This document shows positions 22,462-32,990 of a DNA stretch of 64,000 nt, in pieces. Positions within the stretch are counted from its first letter, which is position 1. Each line of letters begins with the position of its first letter. The position numbers and the translations under genes are program-made. The notes under the pieces were generated by a model. It saw only the letters and a list, made by a program, of their open reading frames with translations. It was not told the DNA's origin and did no database searches. This stretch comes from Rebecca billardiae RCC1528 (lineage: Eukaryota > Protista > Haptophyta): assembly GCA_965240325.2 (NCBI GenBank), contig OZ251223.1, forward strand, positions 3,534,001 through 3,598,000, written 5' to 3'.

Positions 22462-23732
22462 TGGCGGAGTGCCCGGGCTTTGACCAATACCTGGTACCCG
22501 GACTCCTGACGAGTGTGGAGAGCTCTTCCTCCGAGAACGATCTCCCGCAGCAGCGTCTGAGTCTCGGAGAGACTGAGACTGATCAACCCACGAGTGAGAG
22601 ACGACTGACGAGTGCCGTCGAGTCACGAGAGCGCTGCCTACGACAGCCGCCTGCCGCGCTCCCTTCTGTCTGAGTGACTCAGTCCCTTCATCATTCAGTG
22701 ACAGTCATTCTCGCAGACGGTGACTCGGCAGTCGACGACGCCGTGACTCAGTCCCGCGGGTCATCGGCAGAGAAGCCCGGAAGGGACCGGGTACAATTCC
22801 GAGCTAATTCCGACGAATAAATCCAGGCTCCGTGTCTTGACACGGTCCGTGACCGACGCCGACGGTGACCGTAATTCTAAGCCGATTATAAATATAATGT
22901 GCGAGCTAGTTGGGGAGTCATCAGCAGGCCGCCTGCCTCGGCCCGGACCCGGACCCGGTCTTCATCTTCCGATTGATTCATCAGAATCATCAGATTGCGC
23001 GGCCCGCGACGGACGACTCGGCGGCGCTCGGCCAGGCCGCTCCACGGCGGTCCAGCCTGGCCCTGGGTCACAGTCAGCCGTCGTCGGTGCCAGTCACTCA
23101 GTCGGGCCCGCGCTCGGGGCGCTCCGCGCTGCCGCCGGCGCGGCGCCTCCGCGCCGCGCCCGCTCCGCGGCTGCTCTGTGCTCACTCGGCAAGTGGCTCA
23201 GCACTCTCTCAGCGACAGCCGGCAACGGTCGGACTGTCGCCTGAGTGCCATCCGGCGGAGCCTGCATGACCACGAGCAGCACGAAGAGTTCGGGCGGCAT
23301 GGACACGACCTCGCCGGCGTGTACGGTCAGCGCGCTCAGTTGCGCCGCGCGTATTCTGGCGAGCTCGGGTCCGCCAGCCACTGCACGGACCACGGGGCTG
23401 ACCCGGTGCCACGGCCCCGGAGGCCGGACGGCTTCTGCCCGTGCCACGGCAGCGTCGCGGCCGTCCCCGCCGGGCAAGCCCGCACGACACGAGCATCCGC
23501 GCCGAAGACGACAGCTCGGGCAGGAGCACAGTCTCTGCTGCGCTGCTTCTCACCGCGTACGCCGCTGGTCAGATTGATGAGTGACGTCGCGATGGCAGCG
23601 CCGCACACTGCGACGATCTGAGCACGCGGGCCGGTCAGGCCGTCCGCGGCGAATGCGCGGTAGGGCGTGCCGAATGCTCCCATCGGTCCCGTCGCATAGC
23701 CCACGCGGGATGGACGCGCTCGCCGCGGCGGC

Positions 23733-24164
23733 TCACGCTCGTCGGCTTTGCAAGAAGACGAGCGCAGTGACGAGCGACAGGAGGAACTCAATCGCGAGGA
23801 GCACAATCGATATGATGTTGAGCACCTGGTCTAGCCGGAGGACAAATGCCTGGAAGCGCAGGTAGTAGGTGTGCGCGCCAAACAGCGGGAGCGAAAGCAG
23901 CAGCTCCCAGACCAGTGGGCTGACTGTCTCCGTCTTGTTGCCGCGCGACGCGAGCAGCAGGCGGCACGGCTCGATCAGCGCCATCATGAAGATGCCAAAG
24001 ATCTCGAGCCCAAGGACGTCGCTGGGGTAGGGCAGCGTCTCGCCCTTGTAGATGTACCCTAGCAGGGTGAGTGCGACGAAGATGTAGTCGAACCACCCAT
24101 GGAAGTACAGCAGGACCTGCAGTGGCAGCGAGCTGAGCATCTGCGAGCCGCCCGGCCCAGCCAT
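23733..24164 (-). CDS. TMEM216: TMEM216/TMEM17-family ciliary transition-zone membrane protein
   Basis: SSLPLQVLLYF...YKG..LPYP...E..RLLLASRGN.TE...YYL..Q..VLRLD; 143 aa with 4 hydrophobic segments. Confidence 0.85.
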   Translation of the reverse strand: MAGPGGSQMLSSLPLQVLLYFHGWFDYIFVALTLLGYIYKGETLPYPSDVLGLEIFGIFMMALIEPCRLLLASRGNKTETVSPLVWELLLSLPLFGAHTYYLRFQAFVLRLDQVLNIISIVLLAIEFLLSLVTALVFLQSRRA

Positions 24165-24365
24165 GCTGCCGTCAACGGCTGCCCGCCGCCGCCCTCGCCG
24201 CGAGCTCGCAGCCCGCCGCTTGAGCTTGTTGAGACTTGAGAGAGGCCTTTTTTAAGTGGCTTTTATTACCCTTTCCTGTTTTGATCGTCGTCTAATTATT
24301 ATTTTGGCGTGAAAAAAAAATACAGCTCACGAGCTGACCGGGCGACTGGCCACGTCCCAGTCCCG

Positions 24366-26777
24366 ATGACGTCGTGCGCCTCGGCGGCGGCGCCGGCGGC
24401 GGCGCCGGGGGAGGCTCAGCCCCCGATCTTTCCACCTCGCGATCGGCACGCCCGCTCCATCTACGACGCCCTCGTGAAGTTCCAGCGCGTGTCCAGCCGC
24501 AAGGTGGCCGGCGCGGCAACCGAGCTGCGGCTGACGTCAGCCACCTCCAGCTTTGCGCGTGCGATCGCGCACGACTACGCCGAGCGGCTTGGCCTGCTGC
24601 ACGCGACGGAGCGGCGCGAGGGGAGCAGGCCCTGCGTCGTTGTGCGCGCGCCGCCTTGGCCCGAGCGGGCGTCAGACCCTTCAGCGGAGGGCCGGCCGGC
24701 AAAGCGAGCGCGCGGTGCCGGAGGGCCGACGGCCGCGCAAGGCAGCTCGGCTGGGGGCAAGAAGATCGCCGCAAAGCCGTACGCCCAAGAGCTCAATGCG
24801 CTGGCCAAGCGCGCCACCGAGCTCACGCGCGGCCCGGCCGTCGCCTCCGGGGCGGCCGCGGATGGCGGTGCCGCAGACGCACCCGCGTCACCTGTGGCCG
24901 CGCGCGACGCCAACGACGGCGCCAGCGGTGGTGGCAATGTCGGCCGCGGCGGCGAGACACTGAACGCCATCGTGGATCAGGCTCTCGGGATCCTCGACGA
25001 GACCATCTCTCGCGGCGTGACCCTCTCGGCGCAGAGCTGCGCCGTGATCGTGCACCTGTGCACGCTCGCGGCGCGGCCGGCCGACGCCGTCCGCGCGTTT
25101 GAGCTCAGCCTCGGCGCGGCCGCGGGCGGAGCCGACACGGCGGCGCGCGCGGCGAGCGCTCCGCATGCAACGGAGCAACGCGGTGGCGCTCCCGTCCCAC
25201 CCGGCGCGCGTGCGCCCGCCGCGGAGCCCCCGGCCTCCGACCTCGCCGAGCTCGCGGCGCCGCCAGCCGCGGCGGCCGCCCCGGCCAACGCGCCGAGGCC
25301 AGCAGCGAGCAGCGGCCGCGGCCGAGGCGGCGGAGGCGAGGGTGGCGGCGGCGGGGTGCCCGCGGCCCTTCGCGACGAGTCCGTGTGCTCCATGGCCATC
25401 CGCTCGTACTGCGAGCTCGGCCGGCTCGCGGAGGCGCACGCGCTGCTCGAGCGGATGCGCGCGAGCGGCGTGAAGACGCGCGTTCGATCCTACGTGCCGC
25501 TGCTGAGCGCGCACTGCGCCGCCGCCGCCCAGCTGCTGCCCGGGCCGGGCGCGCCCAGCGTGGCTGAAGGCGCGCCCGGCGTGGCTCACGGCGCGACGAG
25601 CGGCGGGAACAACGGCGCGCGCACCCCGGCAGATGGCGAGCTCGCTCTGGCGATGCAGATGCTCGCGCACATGGACGAGCTCGAGCTCGCGCCCACGGAG
25701 GCCGACCTGCTCCCGCTCGTCACGAGTGCCGCGCGCGTCGGCAGCTGGGTGCGCGCGCTCGAGGCGCTGCGCGCGTTCGAGGAGCGGTTCGCTCAGCTCG
25801 ACGAGGTGACCCTGAACGCCCTCGGCGCGGCGCTGGCGCGCGTGCACGCGGCGAGCGCGGGCGCGGCGCCCGAGCTGCGCGTGTTCCGCTCGGCCGCGGC
25901 GCGCGACGGCCGGCTGCTCGAGGGCGGCTGGCGGCTGCGGCAGGTGGACATCAGCCCCGCGCAGCGCGCGACGCTGCGCTTGGCCGCCTCGCAGCTCATC
26001 CAGCGGCGGCGTGAGAGCTTCAGCGCGTTTCAGGCGTGGCTCGACGCGCAGCCGCCGTACGACTACGTGATCGACGCGGCGAACGTGGGGTACTACGGGA
26101 ACAACGCGACGAAGAGCTCGCCGCACGGGCACGCCGTCGACGCCTCGTTCCCAGCCGACGGCGGCGGCCGGCGGCCGGGCAAGCAGGCGGCCATCTCGTT
26201 CCGGCAGGTGATCGCGATGATCGAGAAGCTGCGCTCGACGGGCGCGCGCACGCTCACCTGCCTGCACGAGAAGTACCTCAAGCGCTGCCGCGAGGCGCAC
26301 CCGGAGGAGGCGGCGGTCTTCGAGCGGCTGCAGCGCGAAGGGCTGCTCTACCCCACGCCGCACGGCTCCAACGACGACCACTACTGGCTGTACGCCGCGG
26401 TGGCGGGCAAGTGCGCCGAGCGGTGCCGCGTGATCTCGAATGACGAGATGCGCGACCACCACTACGACATGCTCGCCCCGCGCTTCTTCGCGCGTTGGAA
26501 GGAGTGCCACGTCGTGCAGTACGGGATGCGGCACCACGCGCGCGGCGCCGACGGCGCCGCGCCGCAGATCGACGTCTGGCTGCGCCACCCGCCGCCCTAC
26601 TCCTCAGTCGTCCAGGCACACACCGACGCCTGCTGGTTCTTCCCGTCGCGCACCTCGCGCGAGTGGCTGTGCGCGGTCGACGCGAGGCTCGAGCCGCCGG
26701 GAAATCACGCGGCGGCCGACGGCGTCGCAGCCGCTGTTGGGCCGCCAGCTGAGACTTCGGAAGGCGCATCAGCATGA
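24366..26777 (+). CDS. PRORP: Protein-only RNase P (PPR + NYN nuclease) with N-terminal R3H-like domain
   Basis: PPR-like helices (AIRSYCELGRLAEAHALLERMRASGVKTRVRSYVPLL); NYN motifs YDYVIDAANVG, SNDDHYWLYAAV, VISNDEMRDH. Confidence 0.9.
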   Translation: MTSCASAAAPAAAPGEAQPPIFPPRDRHARSIYDALVKFQRVSSRKVAGAATELRLTSATSSFARAIAHDYAERLGLLHATERREGSRPCVVVRAPPWPERASDPSAEGRPAKRARGAGGPTAAQGSSAGGKKIAAKPYAQELNALAKRATELTRGPAVASGAAADGGAADAPASPVAARDANDGASGGGNVGRGGETLNAIVDQALGILDETISRGVTLSAQSCAVIVHLCTLAARPADAVRAFELSLGAAAGGADTAARAASAPHATEQRGGAPVPPGARAPAAEPPASDLAELAAPPAAAAAPANAPRPAASSGRGRGGGGEGGGGGVPAALRDESVCSMAIRSYCELGRLAEAHALLERMRASGVKTRVRSYVPLLSAHCAAAAQLLPGPGAPSVAEGAPGVAHGATSGGNNGARTPADGELALAMQMLAHMDELELAPTEADLLPLVTSAARVGSWVRALEALRAFEERFAQLDEVTLNALGAALARVHAASAGAAPELRVFRSAAARDGRLLEGGWRLRQVDISPAQRATLRLAASQLIQRRRESFSAFQAWLDAQPPYDYVIDAANVGYYGNNATKSSPHGHAVDASFPADGGGRRPGKQAAISFRQVIAMIEKLRSTGARTLTCLHEKYLKRCREAHPEEAAVFERLQREGLLYPTPHGSNDDHYWLYAAVAGKCAERCRVISNDEMRDHHYDMLAPRFFARWKECHVVQYGMRHHARGADGAAPQIDVWLRHPPPYSSVVQAHTDACWFFPSRTSREWLCAVDARLEPPGNHAAADGVAAAVGPPAETSEGASA

Positions 26778-27080
26778 CGATGTGCGCGCACCATCAGCTA
26801 CTGTCGCCGTCGGTCTACGGACCATTCCCGTCCATTCCGCATTCATCATCGTTAGACGACGATATTATTCGTACGACTACGACGCGACTCGTCTCACGTC
26901 TGTCGTCATGCAGCACTGATGCATAGTAGCAGATAGATGCTGATGACTGAGGCTCAGCGCCAGCACGGCAGCAGCTTCGCATATGTGACATCACGTCGCA
27001 TGACGACCAATGGTGCTGCGCGCGCGGCCCATCAGCTTGGGGACGACGATCAGTATGCGGCCCATGATGGCATCCTCAAG

Positions 27081-28322
27081 CTACACGCGCAGCACGGCCA
27101 TCTTGAGCAGGTGTGCGTCGCCGGGCCGCGCGCTCGGCGCCGGTGGGAAGTCGCTGTCCGGCTCGACCACCTCGGGGGCGCACGCAAGGGGGCGGCCCGC
27201 CTTGCGCGCGCAGCGCTCGCATGCATCGAGCCACGCATCCAGCTCCACGTCTGCCGCATGGTTCGTCGCGAGCAGCGCGCCGCCCTCCGCGAGCGCGAGC
27301 AGCGCGGGCTTGAGCAAGCTCTGGTAGTCGCGCACAATGTCGACGGCGCCGAACGGACTCGACGCGAACGTCGGAGGGTCCAGGACAGCCACGTGGTACT
27401 GGCGGCGAGCAGGCAGCGCGGCTGCGGCGGGTGCGTGGCGGCGAGCGCGAGAGCGCTGCGTGCGCCGCCGGTCCGCCGCGACGGGCAGCCCCGCCAACGC
27501 GCGCGTCACGGGCAGCACATCGCCGACCAGGTTCTCCACGCGGCCCTCCGGCAGGCCATTGCGCCCCGCGTTGCGCGCACCTGCGTCGAGCGAGGTGCGG
27601 CTCACGTCGACGTTGGTCGCGACGCGCGCACCGGCGGCGGCAGCGCACACGCCCGCAGTGCACGTGTATGCGAAGAGGTTGAGCACGTCGACCGACTCGC
27701 CGGCGGCCGCGCGCGCAGCCACCTCCTCTCTCACCCAGCGCCTGCCCGCACGGAAGTCGAGGTAGATGCCAGGGTCGCGCCCGGCGTGCAGCGCGCTCTC
27801 AAAGAGGAGGCCGTGCTCCTGCACCAGCATGGGCTGAGCGGCCTGGGCGTCATCGGTGCCCGCGTCGGCTGCTGTGCCTTCCTGCGCCTCGTCCAGCCGA
27901 GCCTGCAGCGAAGCGTACGTGCGGTCCTGCGCGCCGCGTCGCGAGATGCCCCCACCGCGATGCGAGACGATGACGCGGGGCACGCGCTCTAGGCGGAGGT
28001 GGCTGGCGGCGTGCTCGGCGAGTGCGATGAGCGCATCACACGCTTCCGCCTCCTCCGCACCGCCCGCCCCGTCTGCGCCCACGAGCGGTGCGCGGAAGGA
28101 TTGGACGAAGAGCGCGCCTGCATACCGGTCGACCGTCACGCCGTCGACGCCCTCTGCCGGGGTGAGCAGCCTGTACGCGTCGGTGCGCTCGTCATGCAGC
28201 CGCTGCAGCAGAGGCGCTCGCGCGTCGAGCGCAGACGACAGGCGGTGGGGCGAGGGCACCGATGTGCTTGTGAGCACACTCCACGTGCAGGTCGCTATGA
28301 GACCTGCCGCGGCTGCAGCCAT
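27081..28322 (-). CDS. Class I SAM-dependent rRNA methyltransferase, RlmI/RlmK-like
   Basis: AYRLL...GVTVDRY, GIYLDFR..R, VLNLFAYTCTAGV, NVDVS, VLDPPTF; hydrophobic then Ser-rich N-terminus could be an organellar targeting sequence. Confidence 0.88.
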   Translation of the reverse strand: MAAAAAGLIATCTWSVLTSTSVPSPHRLSSALDARAPLLQRLHDERTDAYRLLTPAEGVDGVTVDRYAGALFVQSFRAPLVGADGAGGAEEAEACDALIALAEHAASHLRLERVPRVIVSHRGGGISRRGAQDRTYASLQARLDEAQEGTAADAGTDDAQAAQPMLVQEHGLLFESALHAGRDPGIYLDFRAGRRWVREEVAARAAAGESVDVLNLFAYTCTAGVCAAAAGARVATNVDVSRTSLDAGARNAGRNGLPEGRVENLVGDVLPVTRALAGLPVAADRRRTQRSRARRHAPAAAALPARRQYHVAVLDPPTFASSPFGAVDIVRDYQSLLKPALLALAEGGALLATNHAADVELDAWLDACERCARKAGRPLACAPEVVEPDSDFPPAPSARPGDAHLLKMAVLRV

Positions 28323-28487
28323 CGTGAGCGCTTTACAACTCGGTCAACGGCCCGCGCCCGCCGCCGTGGCGGACTCAAGGTGGACAGCGAAAGCGGGCCC
28401 TCGCCCCTGACGCTGGCCAGTGGCCACACATCATCAGCAGCGCGGACAGGGCAAGTCGTGCGCGGGAGCGCGGCAGGTGTGGCGGCG

Positions 28488-31400
28488 ATGGCGAGCCGCG
28501 AGGTGATTCACCTCGACGCGGACCGCGAGGTCATCGACCTCGATGCCGACTGGGAGGACGAGGAGCCGACGACAATGGCTCTCCCACCGCCGCCAGCGCG
28601 CCCGCACGCCGCGGCGGCGGCCGACAGTGGCACGGGCGCATCCGCGAGCTGGTCGTGTGTTCGCTGCACGTACCTGAACACGGACATGAGCGCGCAGGTG
28701 TGCGCCGTGTGCGCGTCGATTCGTGCGCCGGCGCCCACGTCGCGCTCGCCGCCGAAGCAGAAGCAGGCGGACATCGGCGCGCTCTTCAGCGCGAAGCACA
28801 GCGAGCGCGCCAACCACATCCTGTCCCTGCTGGGCGAGACGCAGGCGCGCGCGTCGAAGCGGCAGGGCGAGAGCGTCCAAGCGGGCTCGTTCGGGCTCCC
28901 CACGCCGGCGCCCAAGGTGCCGCGGACGGGCGGCGGCGGCGGCGGGGTCGCAGCCGCTGCGCGCGCGCCGCCGCGCCGGCCTGCCGCGAGGCCTCAGCCG
29001 GCCGACGGCGAGGCGCATGCGCGCGCGGTCGGCGCCCTGTTCGACCGGCTCGAGCAGGAGGAGGAGGAGGCGGCGGAGGAGGAGGCTCGGCAACACTCGG
29101 GCGCGTGGTCTCGCGGCTTCGAGCCCCTCGCGCCTGCCGATCGGTGGCTTGGTGCGGGCTCGCTGGGCGCGCGCGCTGCGCGCGGCGGCCCCGAGCAGCG
29201 GGCTCGCGAGGTGCCGCCGTCTGCGCCGCACGCCGCCGCTCGTGCGCGGGGCGGAGCGCACGACGGCTCGGAGGAGTGGCCCGAGCACTGGCCCGGGGAG
29301 GGTCTCACGCCCGCTCATCGCGCGGCCGGCGCTGGGTCGGCGCGCGCCGCCGCGGGCGCCGGCGCGTGCGCTCGGGCTCGGCCCTCTGCGCCCTCGGGCG
29401 CTGCCCGCGGTGGCGGGAGTGGCTCCGGCCCCGCCGCGGCGGACGAGCAGCAGCGCTTCGGCAAGGCGCGGGCGGCGCCGACTCCGGCGATGCGCGCCGC
29501 GATGGCGCACGCGAGCGTGCGCTCCCAATCGCTCGCGGCCGCCCGGAGCGGCGGCGGCCCCGCCGCGCCGCCGCGCGCGCGGTTCGTGCCCGCGCCCGCG
29601 CCGCAGCCGAGCGCGGCCGCATCCGAGCCAGCGCCCCAGGCGCCGAGCGGGCGCAAGCTGCAGCGCGTCGGCGCGGACGGCGGGCGCGCCGCGCCGGGCG
29701 CGCCCGCGTGGGTCGACTCGTCCCGCGAGCGCCTGCGCGAGCAGCGGCAGCGCGCGGCGGAGGTGACGGCGCGCGTGGCGCCCTCGCTGAGCTGCTTCCA
29801 CCGTACGCTGCTGGCATGGCCGCCGTTCGGGCTCGAGCGCGTGCTTGTGCCGCCCGCTGGAGCGGCGGAGGCGGGGGGCGCGCCGGGCGCGCGGCGCATC
29901 CCGACGTCGTTCGAGACGCACGAGCAGTACGCGTCCGCGTTCGAGCCGCTGCTCCACGAGGAGGCGCGCGCGCAGCTGCTCAGCGCGATCGCGGAGCTGC
30001 TGCCTGGCGCGCGCCGCGTGCGGCTGCAGCTGCGCGCGCTCACGGCGGTGGACTCCTTCCACGTGGCTGCCTTTGAGCCGCTGCTCGAGGCGGAGGCGGC
30101 GGAGGCGGCGGCGGAGGCGGGGCCGCCGGCGCACACGGCCTCGCGCGCGCCGGCGCGCCGGGCGGCGCTGCTGCGCGAGCTGCTGCAGCACTTCGCTGAC
30201 GATGCGCTCTTCCTGCTGTCGCCCGCGTCCGCGGCGCGCGCGGACGGCGGCGCGGCCGGCGCGTGCGAGCGCGCCGCCGCCGCGGCCGAGGCGCCCCGCG
30301 CCATCGCGTTCGGCAAGGCGGAGAAGGCGGATGCCGCGGCGGGCGCGGGCGGCCCGGCGGCGAAGCCGGGCGCGAGCGGTGCGGCCGCGCCCGCCGGCGG
30401 CTCGGCCGCCTCAGGCCCGCGCGCGCCTCGCGTCGCCATTCGGTTCTCCCTCTCACACACGCCGACGGTGGGCGGCGCGGACGGGCGCGCGGACGGGGAC
30501 TCGGCCGCGCGCGCGCGTGCGCATGATGCCGCGCGCCGCCGCGCGATGATCGACGCGCTGCGGCCGGGCTCGGTGTGGACCGCGCGGCCGATCGGCTCGC
30601 TCACGACCCTCTCGCGCGAGTTCCGCGCCCTCGCCTCCGCGCCGCGGCTGCGCCTCGCCCCGCTGCTGCTCCGACCGCAGCCGCAGCCTCCGCGGCCGCC
30701 CGGGGCGCAGCCGGGCGCGGCGCAGCCGGGGGCGCGCGGCGCGCGCGCGGCGGCGGCCTTGTCGGCCGAGACGCTCGTGCCGTCGGCGCTGTGGGCCACG
30801 CTGCGCGCCGCGCTGAACAGCTCGCAGCTGAACGCGGTGCGCGTCGCGCTCGCCGACGGCGACGCCGCGCTGAGCGCGCGCACGCCCACCGTCGTGCCGC
30901 ACGCCGGCGCTGGCGGCGGCGGCGCGGCCGGCAGCGGCGGCGGGCGGCTCACGCTGGTGCAGGGGCCGCCCGGCACCGGCAAGACATCGGCGATCCTCGC
31001 GATGCTCTCGGCGCTGCTCGCGCTGCAGCGCGCGCGGCTCGGCGTCGGCGGCGCGGGCGCGGCCGCGCATGAGCGATACGGGCTGGCGCGCGCCCCGCCC
31101 TCCGCTGCGGCCAGCGGCGGCGGCGGCGGCGGCGGTGTGGCCATGTCGCAGGCGCGCGCGCTCGTGTGCGCGCCGTCCAACGCCGCCGTCGACGAGCTCG
31201 CGCGGCGCATGCTGGCGCACGGGCTGACGGGCTCGGATGGGCGGCCATTCAAGCCACAGCTCGTGCGCATCGGCGCGAGTGCCTCGCCCGCGGTCGCCCC
31301 GATCACGATCGACGGGCTGCTCGGCAGGTCGGGCGGCGCTCCGGACGGCGGGCGCGCGCCCGTCCCTGCGCACAGCGGCGCCGTGAGCGGCGCGCGCGCC

Positions 31401-32990
31401 AAGGCCGTGCGTGAGCAGCAGGCCAGCGCCTCGCGCGCGCAGCAGGCGAAGCAGAGCGCGCTCGAGGAGAAGCGCAAGGCACTTGACGCGCTCGCGCACG
31501 TGCGGCGCGCGCTCGACGACGCGCACGGCTCGCGCGCGGCCGAGCCGTCGACGGCTGCCGACGCGGCGACCGGCGGCGCGAGCGCTGCGCCCGCGGCCGC
31601 GGACGGGGCCGCCGCCGCCGCCGACGCGCCGACGTTGGGCGAGCTGACCGCGCGGAAGCGCGCGCTGCAGCAGGCCGTGCGCGACGCGTCGGCGAGCGCG
31701 GACCAGGCGGGCGCGCGCGCCACCGCCGCCAGCGCGCACGCCAAGCGCGCGCTCATCCTCGGCGCGGACGTGGTGTGCGCCACGCTGAGCGGCAGCGGCA
31801 GCGAGCTGCTCGTCGAGCTCGCGCAGCCCGCACCGGCCGGAGCGGCGCCCGGCGGCGGCGGCGGCGCGGCGGGGCCGAGCCGCGGCGGGGCCCGCGCGCT
31901 CGAGTTCCCGCTGGTCGTGGTGGACGAGGCGGCGCAGGCGGTCGAGCTCTCCACGCTCATCCCGCTCAAGTACGGCGCGGCGCAGCTCGTGCTGGTCGGA
32001 GACCCGAAGCAGCTGCCCGCGACCGTTCTCTCGAGCGCGGCCGCGCGCTGCCTGTACGGAGAGGGCCTGTTCCACCGCTGCGTGCGCGCGGGGCTGCAGC
32101 CGGCGCTGCTGCGCACGCAGTACCGCATGCACCCCGAGATCTGCGCGTTCCCGAGCGCGCACTTCTACGGCGGCGAGCTCGAGAGCGGCGTCTCCGCCGA
32201 CGAGCGCGCCGCGCCGTGGCACGAAGCGTCGCGCGGCGCGCTCGGGCCGCTCGCCGTGCACGACGTGCGCGCGGGCGCGGAGCGCGCGCGAGACGGGGGG
32301 GGCGGCACCTCGCTGCGCAACGACGCCGAGGCCGCGCACATCGCGCGCGTGCTCAAGGCGCTGAGCGCAATCGCGCCCGAGCTGTTCCGCCCGGATCGCT
32401 CGGCGCAGGGCGGCGGCGAGGGCGGCGGCGCGGGCCAGCGCGAGCGCGCGCGTGGCCCCGCCGCGCCCTCCGCGGAGGGCGCAGCCGGCGCGCCCCCGGC
32501 GGCGTCGATCGCCGTGCTCTCGCCGTACAAGGAGCAGGTGCGGGCGCTGAGGGCGGCGGCGAGCGCGCAGCTTGGCGACGCGGCCGCTCGCGCCATCGAG
32601 TTCTCCACCGTCGACGGCTTCCAGGGGCGCGAGGTGGCGGTCCTCTTCTACTCGGCGACGCGCGCCTCCGAGCGCGGCGGCCTCGGCTTTGTGGCCGACG
32701 TGCGCCGGCTCAACGTGGCGATCACGCGCGCGCAGCGCTCGCTCGTGCTCGTGGGGCACGCGGCGACGCTCGCGCGCAACGCGCACTTTGGCGCGCTTCT
32801 CGACAGCGCGCGCACGCGGCGCTGCCTCTTCGACGCGAGCACCGCTCTCGATGCCTGCCGCGCGGCCGCGGATGATGGCGCGGCTGCCTCGCGCCGCGCG
32901 GGTCACGCCGATGGCGCCGCGCCCCGCCGTGCTGGCACATCCGAAGGCGGCGCGGCGGCGCCAACTGCTCGCCGCTCACGCTGGTCCTGA
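28488..32990 (+). CDS. Upf1-like SF1B helicase of the Sen1/senataxin/MAA3 type with N-terminal RanBP2-type zinc finger
   Basis: IPTSF...YASAFEPLLHEEARAQL, QGPPGTGKT, CAPSNAAVDEL, VVDEAAQAVE, GDPKQLPATV, QYRMHPEI, TVDGFQGRE, RRLNVAITRA; zinc finger WSCVRCTYLN...CAVC. Confidence 0.92.
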   Translation: MASREVIHLDADREVIDLDADWEDEEPTTMALPPPPARPHAAAAADSGTGASASWSCVRCTYLNTDMSAQVCAVCASIRAPAPTSRSPPKQKQADIGALFSAKHSERANHILSLLGETQARASKRQGESVQAGSFGLPTPAPKVPRTGGGGGGVAAAARAPPRRPAARPQPADGEAHARAVGALFDRLEQEEEEAAEEEARQHSGAWSRGFEPLAPADRWLGAGSLGARAARGGPEQRAREVPPSAPHAAARARGGAHDGSEEWPEHWPGEGLTPAHRAAGAGSARAAAGAGACARARPSAPSGAARGGGSGSGPAAADEQQRFGKARAAPTPAMRAAMAHASVRSQSLAAARSGGGPAAPPRARFVPAPAPQPSAAASEPAPQAPSGRKLQRVGADGGRAAPGAPAWVDSSRERLREQRQRAAEVTARVAPSLSCFHRTLLAWPPFGLERVLVPPAGAAEAGGAPGARRIPTSFETHEQYASAFEPLLHEEARAQLLSAIAELLPGARRVRLQLRALTAVDSFHVAAFEPLLEAEAAEAAAEAGPPAHTASRAPARRAALLRELLQHFADDALFLLSPASAARADGGAAGACERAAAAAEAPRAIAFGKAEKADAAAGAGGPAAKPGASGAAAPAGGSAASGPRAPRVAIRFSLSHTPTVGGADGRADGDSAARARAHDAARRRAMIDALRPGSVWTARPIGSLTTLSREFRALASAPRLRLAPLLLRPQPQPPRPPGAQPGAAQPGARGARAAAALSAETLVPSALWATLRAALNSSQLNAVRVALADGDAALSARTPTVVPHAGAGGGGAAGSGGGRLTLVQGPPGTGKTSAILAMLSALLALQRARLGVGGAGAAAHERYGLARAPPSAAASGGGGGGGVAMSQARALVCAPSNAAVDELARRMLAHGLTGSDGRPFKPQLVRIGASASPAVAPITIDGLLGRSGGAPDGGRAPVPAHSGAVSGARAKAVREQQASASRAQQAKQSALEEKRKALDALAHVRRALDDAHGSRAAEPSTAADAATGGASAAPAAADGAAAAADAPTLGELTARKRALQQAVRDASASADQAGARATAASAHAKRALILGADVVCATLSGSGSELLVELAQPAPAGAAPGGGGGAAGPSRGGARALEFPLVVVDEAAQAVELSTLIPLKYGAAQLVLVGDPKQLPATVLSSAAARCLYGEGLFHRCVRAGLQPALLRTQYRMHPEICAFPSAHFYGGELESGVSADERAAPWHEASRGALGPLAVHDVRAGAERARDGGGGTSLRNDAEAAHIARVLKALSAIAPELFRPDRSAQGGGEGGGAGQRERARGPAAPSAEGAAGAPPAASIAVLSPYKEQVRALRAAASAQLGDAAARAIEFSTVDGFQGREVAVLFYSATRASERGGLGFVADVRRLNVAITRAQRSLVLVGHAATLARNAHFGALLDSARTRRCLFDASTALDACRAAADDGAAASRRAGHADGAAPRRAGTSEGGAAAPTARRSRWS

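Noticed and set aside
23733-24164. Functional linkage of ciliary TMEM216 with the LOV channel
   Set aside because: Proximity of ~7 kb in a eukaryote, with unrelated genes between, is not evidence; it shows only that the organism has cilia genes.
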